A DNA stretch of 64,000 nucleotides from an uncultured bacterium (GTDB lineage: Bacteria > Actinomycetota > Acidimicrobiia > Spongiisociales > UBA5794): contig CAWDDT010000004.1 of assembly GCA_963801165.1 (NCBI GenBank), forward strand, positions 96,001 to 160,000, written 5' to 3'. Within the stretch, counting starts at the first letter, position 1. Every line of letters starts with the position of its first letter. The notes under the pieces are model-generated. The model made no database searches. It was given only the letters and a program-made list of their open reading frames with translations, and was not told the DNA's origin. The position numbers and the translations under genes are program-made. Positions 28,737 to 38,726 of this stretch are shown here, piece after piece.

Positions 28737-29089
28737 CCCTCCAGCGCCTGTCTGGCAGCGGTGCGCAACTCGTCGGGTCGAAACGGCATTCTGACGACGC
28801 TGTCGACGCCTGCATCCAGGATCTCCTGGATCGAGCGGTCCCGGGTGTCGGTTGTGATTGCCACGATTCCTGGCGGGTTGGTGCGGCTGCGGAGACGTCT
28901 GACTATCGCCAGCCCGGTGGTGAACGGCTGGTAGACGCCGATCACGACCAGGTCGGCTTCCGGAAAGCCGCCGAGACGTTGTGCGCTATGGGGAAGCCGC
29001 TGGGCATCGAATTCGGCATTGAAATCACGGAAACAGGTCTCGATGAGACGGCGCAGCACAGCCGAATCTTCGATTATCAGCACACGCAT
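28733..29089 (-). CDS. Stand-alone atypical receiver-domain protein
   Basis: MRVLIIEDS...LVVIGV...AITT...AGVDSVVRMPF: CheY fold with the phosphoacceptor Asp replaced by Gly and the conserved Lys by Met. Confidence 0.7.
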   Translation of the reverse strand: MRVLIIEDSAVLRRLIETCFRDFNAEFDAQRLPHSAQRLGGFPEADLVVIGVYQPFTTGLAIVRRLRSRTNPPGIVAITTDTRDRSIQEILDAGVDSVVRMPFRPDELRTAARQALEG

Positions 29090-29298
29090 CTGATAGTCCA
29101 TCCGTGGTATCTGGGTATTCGTCAATGGTATGACGGACTCAACCAAGCACATCTCTCCCTGTCGGCCATAATCGAGAATCGGTTCTTTGCCTCGAAAGCA
29201 GCCAATATGCACTTATACGCAGGTCATTTTGCCACGACCTGGCGATTCCGGTCGCACACTAGTACCCCCGGCAGGCCCGCACCTTGTAGCGTTGCTCT

Positions 29299-29796
29299 AT
29301 GGCAAATAGCAGCTACGACTTCGTGATCGGACTCCGGGCGATCCGGGAGTACACCGACAAGCCGCTTGCGGCCGAGCACCTCGCCGCCATCCTCGAGGCG
29401 GCCCGGTGGACGGGTTCTGCCAAGAACCGTCAGGACTGGTCGTTCATCGTCATCGAGGACGGCTCGCAGCTGGCGAAGGTTGCCGAGTGCGGCGATCACA
29501 CCGATCCGCTGCGGCACTCTGCGGCGACCATCGTCATCGTTGCCGAGCCGGGGGGCTACGAGTTCGACACGGGCCGGTTGGCGCAGAACATCATGCTGGC
29601 CGCCGCGGCTATCGGGGTCGCCTCGTGCCCCATCACCCTCCACCGCGGCGAGGATGCGGCACGTGTCCTCGGTGTCGGCGAGGGTCGCAAGTGCCGGTTT
29701 GCCGTTGCCCTCGGGTATCCGGCGGAGCACGCCGCTCCCGCCCGGTTTGGTGGTCGCAAGCCGCTCGATGACCTTGTCCACCGGGAACGCTACTGA
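29299..29796 (+). CDS. Nitroreductase family protein
   Basis: LRAIREY, AARWTGSAKNRQDW, DTGRLAQNIMLAA, ALGYP. Confidence 0.88.
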   Translation: MANSSYDFVIGLRAIREYTDKPLAAEHLAAILEAARWTGSAKNRQDWSFIVIEDGSQLAKVAECGDHTDPLRHSAATIVIVAEPGGYEFDTGRLAQNIMLAAAAIGVASCPITLHRGEDAARVLGVGEGRKCRFAVALGYPAEHAAPARFGGRKPLDDLVHRERY

Positions 29797-29849
29797 GCGT
29801 GGTCTGAAACCTGCACCTTGTGGCTGATGGTTAGTCATGCCATATCCAT

Positions 29850-29890
29850 TTGCACACACACTGAGCAGTATCTAGCGTTATATAATAACG
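29850..29890 (+). promoter_or_regulatory. Putative tad operon promoter with palindrome
   Basis: TTGCAC-17 nt-TAGCGT; palindrome CGTTAT-ATA-ATAACG (29876-29890) containing TATAAT. Confidence 0.45.
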
Positions 29891-29983
29891 AACAGACCGT
29901 TGTAGCGGCTCGAATGGTGTAGACCCCCGGCTGGCGATCGCAACCAGCCGTTGGTAGCGTCTCGGGCGGGACTGGTGGGAGCG

Positions 29984-30709
29984 ATGACCGAACTAGATAG
30001 TTCTATAGACACCTCATACCCGGCCGCATCGCCGGGTCGTCGGAGTCTGCTGAGTCGGGTCAGGCTCGGCCACGTTGTAATGATCACGGCGGCGATCCTC
30101 GCGTTGGTGTTCAACCTCGCGGTGCTCCGCAGCCGGGATGCGATGATCGATGTCGCGGTCGCCAATGCCGACATCCCCGCCGGGACCACCCTGACTATGT
30201 TGCATTTCTCGACGGCTGCGGTGCCTGCAGACGATCTGCTCACCTCGCGCTTTGTCACCGCCGACCAGGTCGAGTCGATCGTCGGTGAGCTCACCACGAG
30301 GGCGATCGCAAACGGCGACCCCATCCTCAACTCGGATCTACTCGTCGTCCAGAACCGTCAGGGGTTGCGAGCGATGAGCGTGCCGCTCGACCAAACACAG
30401 GCCGTCGATGGGCGGCTGTCGGCGGGAGACTCCGTCGATGTCATCCTCGTCAAGGACGGTGTGGCCACCTACATCGCCACAGGGGTGGAAGTGCTCGACG
30501 TACCCGGCTCGGACACCAACGCCCTCGGGGCCCGCATCGGCTACGCCCCCACGCTTGCGGTGGATGCCACCCAGGCATTGCGGATCGCCTCGGCGCTCGA
30601 CATCGGCGAGGTGCACATTATCCGATCAACCGGGTCGGCGTTACCCGAGTTGGAGCAGGCGACGGCAATCGAGGAGCCGGCGGATTCAGGGGAAGGCGGG
30701 TCCGGATGA
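29984..30709 (+). CDS. cpaB: Flp pilus assembly CpaB/RcpC-like SAF-domain protein
   Basis: TM segment, VAVANADIPAGT SAF domain, RAMSVPL...LSAGDSVDVI. Confidence 0.8.
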   Translation: MTELDSSIDTSYPAASPGRRSLLSRVRLGHVVMITAAILALVFNLAVLRSRDAMIDVAVANADIPAGTTLTMLHFSTAAVPADDLLTSRFVTADQVESIVGELTTRAIANGDPILNSDLLVVQNRQGLRAMSVPLDQTQAVDGRLSAGDSVDVILVKDGVATYIATGVEVLDVPGSDTNALGARIGYAPTLAVDATQALRIASALDIGEVHIIRSTGSALPELEQATAIEEPADSGEGGSG

Positions 30710-31935
30710 CATCGCGTTCGGCGCGACAGAGCGAGCCTGCCGTCGCCGTCGGGTCCTCGCAACGCACCTGGGTGGCCGAACTGATGAGCTATGCCCAGGA
30801 CCACGCCGGGGTGCGTGTCGTCGGGACGGTGCTCTCAGCTCGTGAGGCGGTGGAGAACGACTACGACGTGCTTCTCATCGACGACTCCACCTCGTACCTG
30901 ACCAAGCGTCTCATCGACCGGGTCCAGGCGCTGCGCCGCATCGTCATCGGCGTGTATGAGTCGACCCGGGGCGACGTCGGCAAGGACAAGCTGCTCGAGC
31001 TCGGTGCCGATGCTGTCATCGACGCCGAATCGTCGCCGAAGGAGTTTCTCGCTCGTATCCGCTACGTGACCGAGCAGCGGCTCGTCGACCGGGACTTCGT
31101 CGAGATGCTGGCGATGGAGTCGCTCGAGGAGCCGGAGCCCGACAGCCCCGTCGCCGCACCGGAGCACAGCGGTGGTTCGTCGCGGTCCCTGATCGTTGTC
31201 AGCGGAGCTGGGGGGGTTACCGAGGTCGTCGTCGGCATCGCCGCCGAGTTAACCCGACGCAAGCAGCCCGTGGTCGTCGTGGACTTCGACACCCTCGAGC
31301 CGACGATTGCCCAGCGTCTCGACGTGGCGCTTTCGCCAAACGTGCTCACCGCCATCGAGTCGCTTCGCCACGCCGGCAACATCAACGGAGCGGTGGCCAC
31401 CCACCCGGCCGGGATGAAGGTGGTCCCCGGTCTGCCGAGCCCCAGGGAGTGGGAAGCCTGTGGTGTCGACGATTCCGCCGACCTGGCCTCGTTGCTCTGC
31501 GAGCGTCACATGAACGTGGTTGTCAAGGTCAACCGGCACCTGGAGGATCTGTCACCGTTCGGTGGACGCACCGGCCGGTTCGGAGTCGCCCGCAAGTTCG
31601 TCGCCGACGCCGACCACCTCGTAGTGGTCGGCGATCCATCGCCAACCGGGGTCACGGGGGTGTTGGCCTGGATCGGTGACGCCCGAGCGTTGAGCAGCGC
31701 CCCGATACACGTCGTCCTCAACCACGCAGGCAAGAGCCTCTACCAGCAGGGCGAGGTGAAGGAGGAGATCCGTCGGACGTTCCGTTCCGCCTCCGTCGTC
31801 TTTGCCCCGGAAGATCACCGGGTGCGCAAGGCAGCCTGGCAGGGCGAGCTGCCTCCGGAGGGCAGATTCACTCGTGCTCTCGAACCGGTTGCCTCGCGGG
31901 TGGCCGCGGTGCCGGCTGCAATGGGAGGCTCGTGA
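30706..31935 (+). CDS. CpaE/TadZ-like protein (receiver-like + MinD-like, degenerate P-loop)
   Basis: Operon position; VVVVDFD; the P-loop region reads VSGAGGVTE with no Lys. Confidence 0.7.
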   Translation: MTSRSARQSEPAVAVGSSQRTWVAELMSYAQDHAGVRVVGTVLSAREAVENDYDVLLIDDSTSYLTKRLIDRVQALRRIVIGVYESTRGDVGKDKLLELGADAVIDAESSPKEFLARIRYVTEQRLVDRDFVEMLAMESLEEPEPDSPVAAPEHSGGSSRSLIVVSGAGGVTEVVVGIAAELTRRKQPVVVVDFDTLEPTIAQRLDVALSPNVLTAIESLRHAGNINGAVATHPAGMKVVPGLPSPREWEACGVDDSADLASLLCERHMNVVVKVNRHLEDLSPFGGRTGRFGVARKFVADADHLVVVGDPSPTGVTGVLAWIGDARALSSAPIHVVLNHAGKSLYQQGEVKEEIRRTFRSASVVFAPEDHRVRKAAWQGELPPEGRFTRALEPVASRVAAVPAAMGGS

Positions 31936-33233
31936 TGACGGGTCGGTTCAGCGCCTACGAGAAGCTGCGAGCCCGTGCCGCCGAACGGATCGAAGACCGC
32001 AAATTCGACGCAGACACCAATCCAGACGGCGTCCGTCAGGTGATCGCTGAGGTCGTGGACGAGTACAAGGCGACCGCTCACCGTGGGATCAACGAGCCGC
32101 TCCGTGACCCGCATGATATGGAGCGGCGTATCTGGCAAGCCGTTGCCGGATACGGTCCGCTCACCGAGCTATTCGAGAACCGCAGTGTCGAGGAGATCTT
32201 CATCGAGGGTCCCCGGATCTCCTACATCGACGACTCCGGTCGTCTCCAGTCGCACGTGGTGTCCACGACCGAGGCGGAGCTCCGGCAGGTGATCGACCGG
32301 CTGCTCGCCGGCACCAACCGCCGTCTTGACAGCGCCAATGCCATCGAGCAGGCTCACGTTCTCGGTGGGACTGCTCGCCTCACCGCGGTGGTGCCCCCGG
32401 TCTCGGCCCGGCTCTCGGCGACGATCCGCAAGTACACGGTGGCCGACGAGACGCTGGGGTCGATGGTCCGCCTCGGTGCGGTCAGCTCGCCAGCCGCCGC
32501 ATTCTTGTGGGCCACTGCCCAGGCCAAGACCTCGGTTCTGTATTCGGGTGCGACCGGTGCCGGCAAGACGACCCTGATGAGCGCCTGGTTGCGTGCCGTT
32601 CCCAACGATCAGTGCATCCGCATCGTCGAGGAGGTTCGCGAGCTGCACATCCCACTGCCGCCGCATTCGAGCTACTACGAGGCCTCGCCGGCCACCATGC
32701 AGGGCGACCGACGTTTCGATCTGCGCGATCTGGTCAAGGTCTGTCTGGCACAGCGGGTCGATCTGCTCTGCGTGGGTGAGGTGAGGGGGGCCGAGTCGTT
32801 CGAGCTGACGAGGGCCGTCAACGCCGGCTGCGGCTTCACCTGCACGGTCCACTCGAACTCGGCCCGGGATGCCCTGGCGGCGATTGTCAACGCCGCCATC
32901 ATGGCCGGCGAGAACGTCACCGAGCAGATCGTGCGACGAGTATTCGCCAGCTCGATCGACTTCGTGGTCCATCTCGATCGTGACACGCGACCCCGCGATG
33001 ACGCCACGGACGGGATACGCCGACAGGTGCGGGAGGTCCTTGCCGTCACCCCATCGCTGGCTTCGGACGATTTCACCACCGAGCCCATCTTCGTGAGACC
33101 GAACCTCGGTGAGCCGATGCGCTGGACGGGCAGTTACCCACCCGAGGAGGTTGTTGAGCGGATCGACCGGGCGTTGCCCCGGGACGCGTCGGTGAAGCGC
33201 ATCCTCCACGGTGACTGGAGCCCTGATCTATGA
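31932..33233 (+). CDS. tadA: CpaF/TadA pilus assembly ATPase
   Basis: Walker A GATGAGKT, IVEEVREL, LCVGEVRG, TVHSNS. Confidence 0.92.
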   Translation: MMTGRFSAYEKLRARAAERIEDRKFDADTNPDGVRQVIAEVVDEYKATAHRGINEPLRDPHDMERRIWQAVAGYGPLTELFENRSVEEIFIEGPRISYIDDSGRLQSHVVSTTEAELRQVIDRLLAGTNRRLDSANAIEQAHVLGGTARLTAVVPPVSARLSATIRKYTVADETLGSMVRLGAVSSPAAAFLWATAQAKTSVLYSGATGAGKTTLMSAWLRAVPNDQCIRIVEEVRELHIPLPPHSSYYEASPATMQGDRRFDLRDLVKVCLAQRVDLLCVGEVRGAESFELTRAVNAGCGFTCTVHSNSARDALAAIVNAAIMAGENVTEQIVRRVFASSIDFVVHLDRDTRPRDDATDGIRRQVREVLAVTPSLASDDFTTEPIFVRPNLGEPMRWTGSYPPEEVVERIDRALPRDASVKRILHGDWSPDL

Positions 33234-34120
33234 GGCTGCTGGGTGCGCTGATGACGGCTGTGTTCATCTATCTACTGGTGGGCTTTGTCACCGGCAATGC
33301 GCCTGAGATCGGCACCAGAGTGAAGACAAAGCCGAAGACGTCGCGCCGGCAGTCGTGGCTGATCCAGGCTGGGTCCGATCTGAGCCCACGCCAATTCTGG
33401 GCGGGCTCGGCGCTCACCGGTTTGGTCGGGTTGCTGCTGCTGTGGTCGATCGCAGGCAGCTGGTGGGTTGCGCTCATTCCGTCGATGGCCATCGCCTCGC
33501 TGCCCTACGGGTACTTCTCCCGGCAGCGGACAAACCGCCTGGCGGCCGTGCAGAAGGCGTGGCCGGATGGGCTGCGGGAGGTGCTCGCCCACGTGAACTC
33601 CGGGGCGACGCTGGGGGCGGCCATCGAGGCGCTGGCGAAACGCGGGCCGGCCGCTCTCCGTGAAGCGTTTGCTCGCTTTCCGTCCCAGGCGAGGATGTTC
33701 GGGGTCGTCCCCGCGCTGGAGATCGTCAAGGAGGAGCTGTCCGATCCGGCCTCGGACAAGGTCGTCGAGGTGCTGATCCTCGCACACCAGTTTGGCGGCG
33801 ACAGCCTCCAGATCGTCCTACGAGACCTGATCGATACGATGACCGCCGATGAGCTGACCGCCGAGCAGATCCGCACTGCCGGGTTCGAGCAGCGTCTCGA
33901 GGGCTTAGTCGTCGCCATTGCTCCGTGGGTGATCCTGCTCTTTCTCGCCACCGTGCCGCCGACCTATCGCGAGTTCTACCGCAGCCCCACCGGGCGGTTC
34001 GTTGTCATCATCGCCGGCATCTGGGCTGTATTCGGTTGGGTGCTGATGAGGATCGTCTCGAGAACCCCGCAAGAGGTTCGGGTCTTTGGTGGTGGCTCCA
34101 CCGGGGGAGGCCCACAATGA
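33230..34120 (+). CDS. tadB: TadB-like T2SSF membrane platform protein
   Basis: WPDGLREVLAHVNSGATL; TM segments; follows tadA. Confidence 0.85.
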   Translation: MRLLGALMTAVFIYLLVGFVTGNAPEIGTRVKTKPKTSRRQSWLIQAGSDLSPRQFWAGSALTGLVGLLLLWSIAGSWWVALIPSMAIASLPYGYFSRQRTNRLAAVQKAWPDGLREVLAHVNSGATLGAAIEALAKRGPAALREAFARFPSQARMFGVVPALEIVKEELSDPASDKVVEVLILAHQFGGDSLQIVLRDLIDTMTADELTAEQIRTAGFEQRLEGLVVAIAPWVILLFLATVPPTYREFYRSPTGRFVVIIAGIWAVFGWVLMRIVSRTPQEVRVFGGGSTGGGPQ

Positions 34121-35076
34121 GGCTGTCGTTTGTCGAGCTCGTCGCCCTCGGCTCATCGATAGCGTTCGCTGTCGCGGTGGCCTGGGCAGTCGTGCGCCCC
34201 TATCGAAGTCTGGCGGGTCGGGTGCGTCCGTATGCGACGGTGGCCAGAGTGCGGCTGACCAGAGCGGCCGATGTCGGGGGGCTGGCGCAGTCGGGCCCCA
34301 CCTTCGGTGATGCCACCATCAAGCGCCTCTTCGGACCGATCCTCGACCGTATCGTCGATGTCTTCGGCAGGCTCGTCGCCACCTCCGGCACCGAGCGGCT
34401 TGCGGTTCGGCTCCGTCAGGGTGGTCTCTACCCGGATCTGCCCGGGCCGCAGCGGGTACAAGAATTCCGGGTTCGCTCGCTGGTGTGGTCGTTGGGCTGG
34501 GCAGCCGGTCTCGGGGCGCTCGGTCTGGTGCTGTCGGGTCCGCTGTTCATGGTTGTGTTCGCTGTGCTCGGTTTTGTGTATGGCGTGCTCAGCTCCCGGG
34601 CCCGGATCGACAAGGCGGTCACCGAGCGCAGCGAGCGTCTCCGCGGTGAGTTGTACACGATCAACCAGCTCATCGCGATGCGAACCCGGGTCGGGGGCGG
34701 TGTTGTGGATGCGATCCGGCACGTCGTCATCAGAGGCAGCGGTGCGCTCATCGACGAGCTGGCGGAGGTGCTCCGGCTCCACGAGAGCGGCGTGTCGTTG
34801 GCAGATGCCCTGAACCGGGCGGCCGAGCTCACCCCGGAGCCGGAAGCGGCCCGCACCTACGCGGTGCTGGCCACCGCCCAGGAACGAGGTGCCGACCTGG
34901 GGGAGGCATTGCTCGATCTGAGCAAGGACCTGCGTGCGGCACGGCGGGAGGAGCTGCAGCGCAACGCCTCGAAGCGGCGCCTGCTGATGGTGATACCGAT
35001 CGTCGTCGTCCTGGCGCCGATCGTCCTGTTGTTTATTGCCGGTCCGATACCGCAAATCATCTTTGGTGGAAAGTGA
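34117..35076 (+). CDS. tadC: TadC-like T2SSF membrane platform protein
   Basis: AQERGADLGEALLDLSKDLR...LMVIPIV. Confidence 0.85.
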   Translation: MRLSFVELVALGSSIAFAVAVAWAVVRPYRSLAGRVRPYATVARVRLTRAADVGGLAQSGPTFGDATIKRLFGPILDRIVDVFGRLVATSGTERLAVRLRQGGLYPDLPGPQRVQEFRVRSLVWSLGWAAGLGALGLVLSGPLFMVVFAVLGFVYGVLSSRARIDKAVTERSERLRGELYTINQLIAMRTRVGGGVVDAIRHVVIRGSGALIDELAEVLRLHESGVSLADALNRAAELTPEPEAARTYAVLATAQERGADLGEALLDLSKDLRAARREELQRNASKRRLLMVIPIVVVLAPIVLLFIAGPIPQIIFGGK

Positions 35077-35098
35077 AACCTGAAAAGGGGAGGAAGGA

Positions 35099-35290
35099 AT
35101 GAGCATGTTGTGGATGTACCTGCGGGGTGCCGTCGGAGAGCTACGCGGTGATGAGACCGGTGCGGTCGAGAGCGCGCAGATCTTCGCCTGGATCGTCGTC
35201 ACCGTCATCGCCATCATGGCGCTGGGGGCGATGATGCAGGCGTTGGGCGTCGACGTCATCAACTGGGTCCGCGACCAGATCGGCATCTAG
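35099..35290 (+). CDS. flp: Flp-type pilin
   Basis: 63 aa; DETG|AVES cleavage-like site followed by a hydrophobic helix; strong RBS. Confidence 0.75.
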   Translation: MSMLWMYLRGAVGELRGDETGAVESAQIFAWIVVTVIAIMALGAMMQALGVDVINWVRDQIGI

Positions 35291-35298
35291 GGACCGCC

Positions 35299-35697
35299 AT
35301 GTTCCGGGGAGCGCTGGTTCGGCTGCGGAGCGATGAGCATGGTCTGACTTCGGTCGGCATCCTGCTTGCGGTCTCGTTCACCCTCATCGTCGCCGTCATC
35401 GTGGTCAACCTCTACCTCTACCTGTACGGGCAGGGGGCCGCCCGCGCCGCGATCGACGAGGGGGTCAGGGCGGGGTCGCGAGTGGCCGCCGGTGTCGATG
35501 CCTGTCAGGACCGCGCCGCCGAGGTGCTCAACAGCCTCATGCCGGGTCCGCTCGGTGATGGGGTCGTCGTTTCGTGTGCGGGTGCGGGTGACCAACTGGT
35601 GGCGGTGGCGAACGTGACTCTCGACAGCCCGCTCCCAGGTGTCCCGTCGTGGTCGTTCCGCATGGAAGCTCGGGCCGTCCAGGAGACGGGCGAATGA
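35299..35697 (+). CDS. TadE-like pseudopilin
   Basis: RSDEHG| + hydrophobic helix + AARAAIDEGVRAG. Confidence 0.78.
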   Translation: MFRGALVRLRSDEHGLTSVGILLAVSFTLIVAVIVVNLYLYLYGQGAARAAIDEGVRAGSRVAAGVDACQDRAAEVLNSLMPGPLGDGVVVSCAGAGDQLVAVANVTLDSPLPGVPSWSFRMEARAVQETGE

Positions 35698-36143
35698 AAC
35701 GTCTTCTCGCACGGCTCCGCACCGAGCAGACCGGTGCCGCCTACGCCGCTATCGAGATGGTGCTGGTGCTCGGGATCATCCTCTTGCCGTTGCTGGCCGG
35801 CCTCGCCCAGCTGCCCAGGTGGGTGGATGCCAGGTCGACGGCCGATCTGGCTGCCCAGGAAGCGGCCCGGGAGATGGTGCTCGCCGACAGCTACGAGGAG
35901 GGGTTCGCCGCCGCCGAGACGGTGGCGGCAACGATCGTCGGCAACCGGGGGTTGGATGTCGGGGCAATCGTGGGCCTCCAATTCGAGGGTGTGCTGGCTC
36001 GCGGTGAGACGGTAACTGCGACGGTGACCCTTCGGGTGCCACCGGTGATCCTTCCGGGCGTGGGAGCGGTGGGTGGCGATATCAGCGTCTCTCGCTCGGC
36101 GACCGAGCGTGTCGACGACTACCGGCAGTTCGGCGCTCCGTAG
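35694..36143 (+). CDS. TadE/TadF-like pseudopilin
   Basis: EQTG|AAYAAIE + hydrophobic helix + AAQEAARE; C-terminal VDDYR. Confidence 0.78.
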   Translation: MKRLLARLRTEQTGAAYAAIEMVLVLGIILLPLLAGLAQLPRWVDARSTADLAAQEAAREMVLADSYEEGFAAAETVAATIVGNRGLDVGAIVGLQFEGVLARGETVTATVTLRVPPVILPGVGAVGGDISVSRSATERVDDYRQFGAP

Positions 36144-36179
36144 AGCGCTGTCACCGTCCGGTAGCCGCCGCAGCCCTAT

Positions 36180-37763
36180 TCAGTTGTTGGGGATGTTGCG
36201 TTCGCGGAACCCGACGAATGCCGCAGCCAGCAGTGCGCAGGCAATCACCGTCATGACGGCCAGCGACATGGCAGGCACGGTGCCGACGGGTGGGTTGCCA
36301 ACGTGGGTCGTCGGGGACAGATCGAGAACCCAGTGCGACAGCTTGAGACCGGGACCGAGGAAAGCGATGAAGGTCGCCACCGCGTAGTACCCCCACGAGA
36401 CTGCGAACAGCCGCGGGAACATCCCGAACAGCATCAGCGCTAGACCGGCGAAGATCAACTCGGCGGGGAGATAGGCGATGCCGGCACGTAGCAGCGTTGC
36501 CACCTGCCCCGAATCGCCCATCGAGATCGCCGAGGCGAGGCCGAACGAGACGGACGAGACGACAACGATGATGACCAGACCCGAGAGGATCACTGCGGCG
36601 TGCGCCGCCAGCCATTGAACCCGGGACAGGGTGCCCGCGAGTCTCGACTCGAGACGTTGTTCACTCTCCTCACGGCTCAGAATCCCTATAGCTTGAACCA
36701 CGTAGCCCATGGCGGTGATGGCGAGATATACCTGGACGATGGCGATGAACCCGTCAGCGAGATTGCCACCACCGGCGCCCATGGCGTCTGCCATCCCCGG
36801 GTTGCCCTGCAGGGCGTCAATCACCTGCTGCGACAGGGCGCCCATCATCACCCCGAGCACGACGGACCCGGCGAGCCAGCCGAGCATCGACGTCCGGTGC
36901 AGCCAGACGGCGAAGCCGAGAGGGCTACGGAGCCGTTGCGACGCTCGTGGTGATCCCGCACCGGCGCTGATCATCGCACTGCCGAGGTCACGACGACCGG
37001 CGAGATGAACGGCAAGCGCGGCGAGGGCTCCGCCAACAACGAGCGGGATGAGCAACACCCACCAGCGCTGGTCGCCCGTCGGCGCGGTTTTCTCCTGCCA
37101 ACCGAGCGGGGACAGCCAGGTGAGCCAGGTCCCGGTGGCATCGCCGATGCCCCGGATCACGTACGAGACCAGCAACACGCCGAATCCACCGAAGTAGACC
37201 CCGCGTGAGTGCAGGGTTATCTGGGCAATGAGGGCTGAGATCCCGACGAAGACGAACGCCAGGCCTCCCAGCGAAGCGGCATAGAGGATCGACGCGGCAA
37301 CCGGGACCCCGGATGCGGCAACCGATGCGGCAAATGCAACGACCAGCACCGCGATGACGCCGGTGGCGATGAGCAGCGCCGACACCAGGGGGGACCGCCG
37401 TCCGATGCGGCCCGACAGCAGCAACTCGAGACGCCCCGCTTCTTCCTCACGTCGAGTGGAGCGGGCGATCAGAGAGATGCCGAGCAGTGGGAGCAGGAAC
37501 GCCGCCAGGAAGGCGAACTCGTCCTGGATGATCCCACCGAGGCTGTCGATGCCTTCCACCTTGCCGTTGATCGCATAGAGCGATCCACCGGAGACGGCGG
37601 CGCCGTACGAGTGGATCTTGGCGGGCGTGTTGTACAGCGGCACGATCGCCGCCGCGGTTGACGCCAGCGACGCCACCAATGCCACTACCCAGGTGATGAG
37701 ACCCTTCCAGCGGGTTTTCCACTGGATTCCCATCATGGTGTTTAGACCATCGGCACTCATCAT
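36180..37763 (-). CDS. ABC-2 exporter permease (TnrB3-like)
   Basis: TRREEEAGRLELL, WLSPLGW, GRRDLGS; about 12 TM segments. Confidence 0.88.
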   Translation of the reverse strand: MMSADGLNTMMGIQWKTRWKGLITWVVALVASLASTAAAIVPLYNTPAKIHSYGAAVSGGSLYAINGKVEGIDSLGGIIQDEFAFLAAFLLPLLGISLIARSTRREEEAGRLELLLSGRIGRRSPLVSALLIATGVIAVLVVAFAASVAASGVPVAASILYAASLGGLAFVFVGISALIAQITLHSRGVYFGGFGVLLVSYVIRGIGDATGTWLTWLSPLGWQEKTAPTGDQRWWVLLIPLVVGGALAALAVHLAGRRDLGSAMISAGAGSPRASQRLRSPLGFAVWLHRTSMLGWLAGSVVLGVMMGALSQQVIDALQGNPGMADAMGAGGGNLADGFIAIVQVYLAITAMGYVVQAIGILSREESEQRLESRLAGTLSRVQWLAAHAAVILSGLVIIVVVSSVSFGLASAISMGDSGQVATLLRAGIAYLPAELIFAGLALMLFGMFPRLFAVSWGYYAVATFIAFLGPGLKLSHWVLDLSPTTHVGNPPVGTVPAMSLAVMTVIACALLAAAFVGFRERNIPNN

Positions 37764-38726
37764 TGCCGCCTCGCTGTGGCCGGTTCCCCGGCGTTGGCCG
37801 CCGCGGTCTCCAGCTGCTGGACATCCTCGTCGTAGCTACGCAGGAACAACGTATCGAGGCTCGGTGGATTGACCGTAAGGGTGTGGATGCTCGCTGCGTG
37901 CAGACGGCCGACGACATCGTCGAGGTGATCGGGGTCGACGGTGAAGCGGGAATCCACGATCCCGTCGAGCCGCGTCGCGGTGTAGTCGACGACTCCCGGA
38001 GCGTCGGCCAATACCCGCCGGCTCTTCGACCGTGACCGCGTGGACCGAAGTCCGCGTGTGGCGACGTAGCTCGGCCAGGGTGCCGGTCTGGATCCGTCTT
38101 CCCTTGCGGATGATGGTCACCCGATCGGCGAGGGCTTCTACTTCTCCGAGGATGTGGCTGGAGAGAAGCACCGTGATGCCTTCCTTGCGCCGCTCTCTGA
38201 CGACCTCCTGGAACGCCTGTTCCATCAGCGGGTCGAGGCCGCTCGTGGGCTCGTCGAGAACGAGCAGGTCGACATCTGTCGACAGCCCCGCCACGAGCGC
38301 GACCTTCTGCCTGTTGCCCTTCGAGTAGTCACGCGACCGTTTCGTCGGGTCGAGATCGAATCGCTCGATGAGCTCAGCACGGCGTTGTTCGTTGGCCCCA
38401 CCGTGGGTGGCGGTGAATATGTCCAGACACTGCCCGCCGGTGAGCCCTGGCCACAGCGCCACGTCGCCGGGAACATATGCGAGGCGTTTGTGTAGGTGGG
38501 CCGCCGCCTGCCAGGGATCGTCTCCGAACAGCTCGATCCGGCCGGCGTCGGCCTTCATCAAACCGAGCAGAACCCGGATGGTGGTCGACTTCCCGGCACC
38601 GTTTGGTCCCAGGAACCCGTGGACCTCGCCGGGGTTCACCTCGAGTTCGAATCCGTCGAGGGCCCGCACGGGGCCGAAGGTCTTCACCAGACCTTCTACT
38701 TCGATGATGGTCTTCGTCTCGCTCAT
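37760..38726 (-). CDS. ABC exporter ATP-binding protein, frameshift near 38010
   Basis: GPNGAGKST, YSKGNRQK, LDEPTSGLD, SSH; the C-terminus (...PPSLDTLFLRSY) continues in another frame. Confidence 0.85.
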
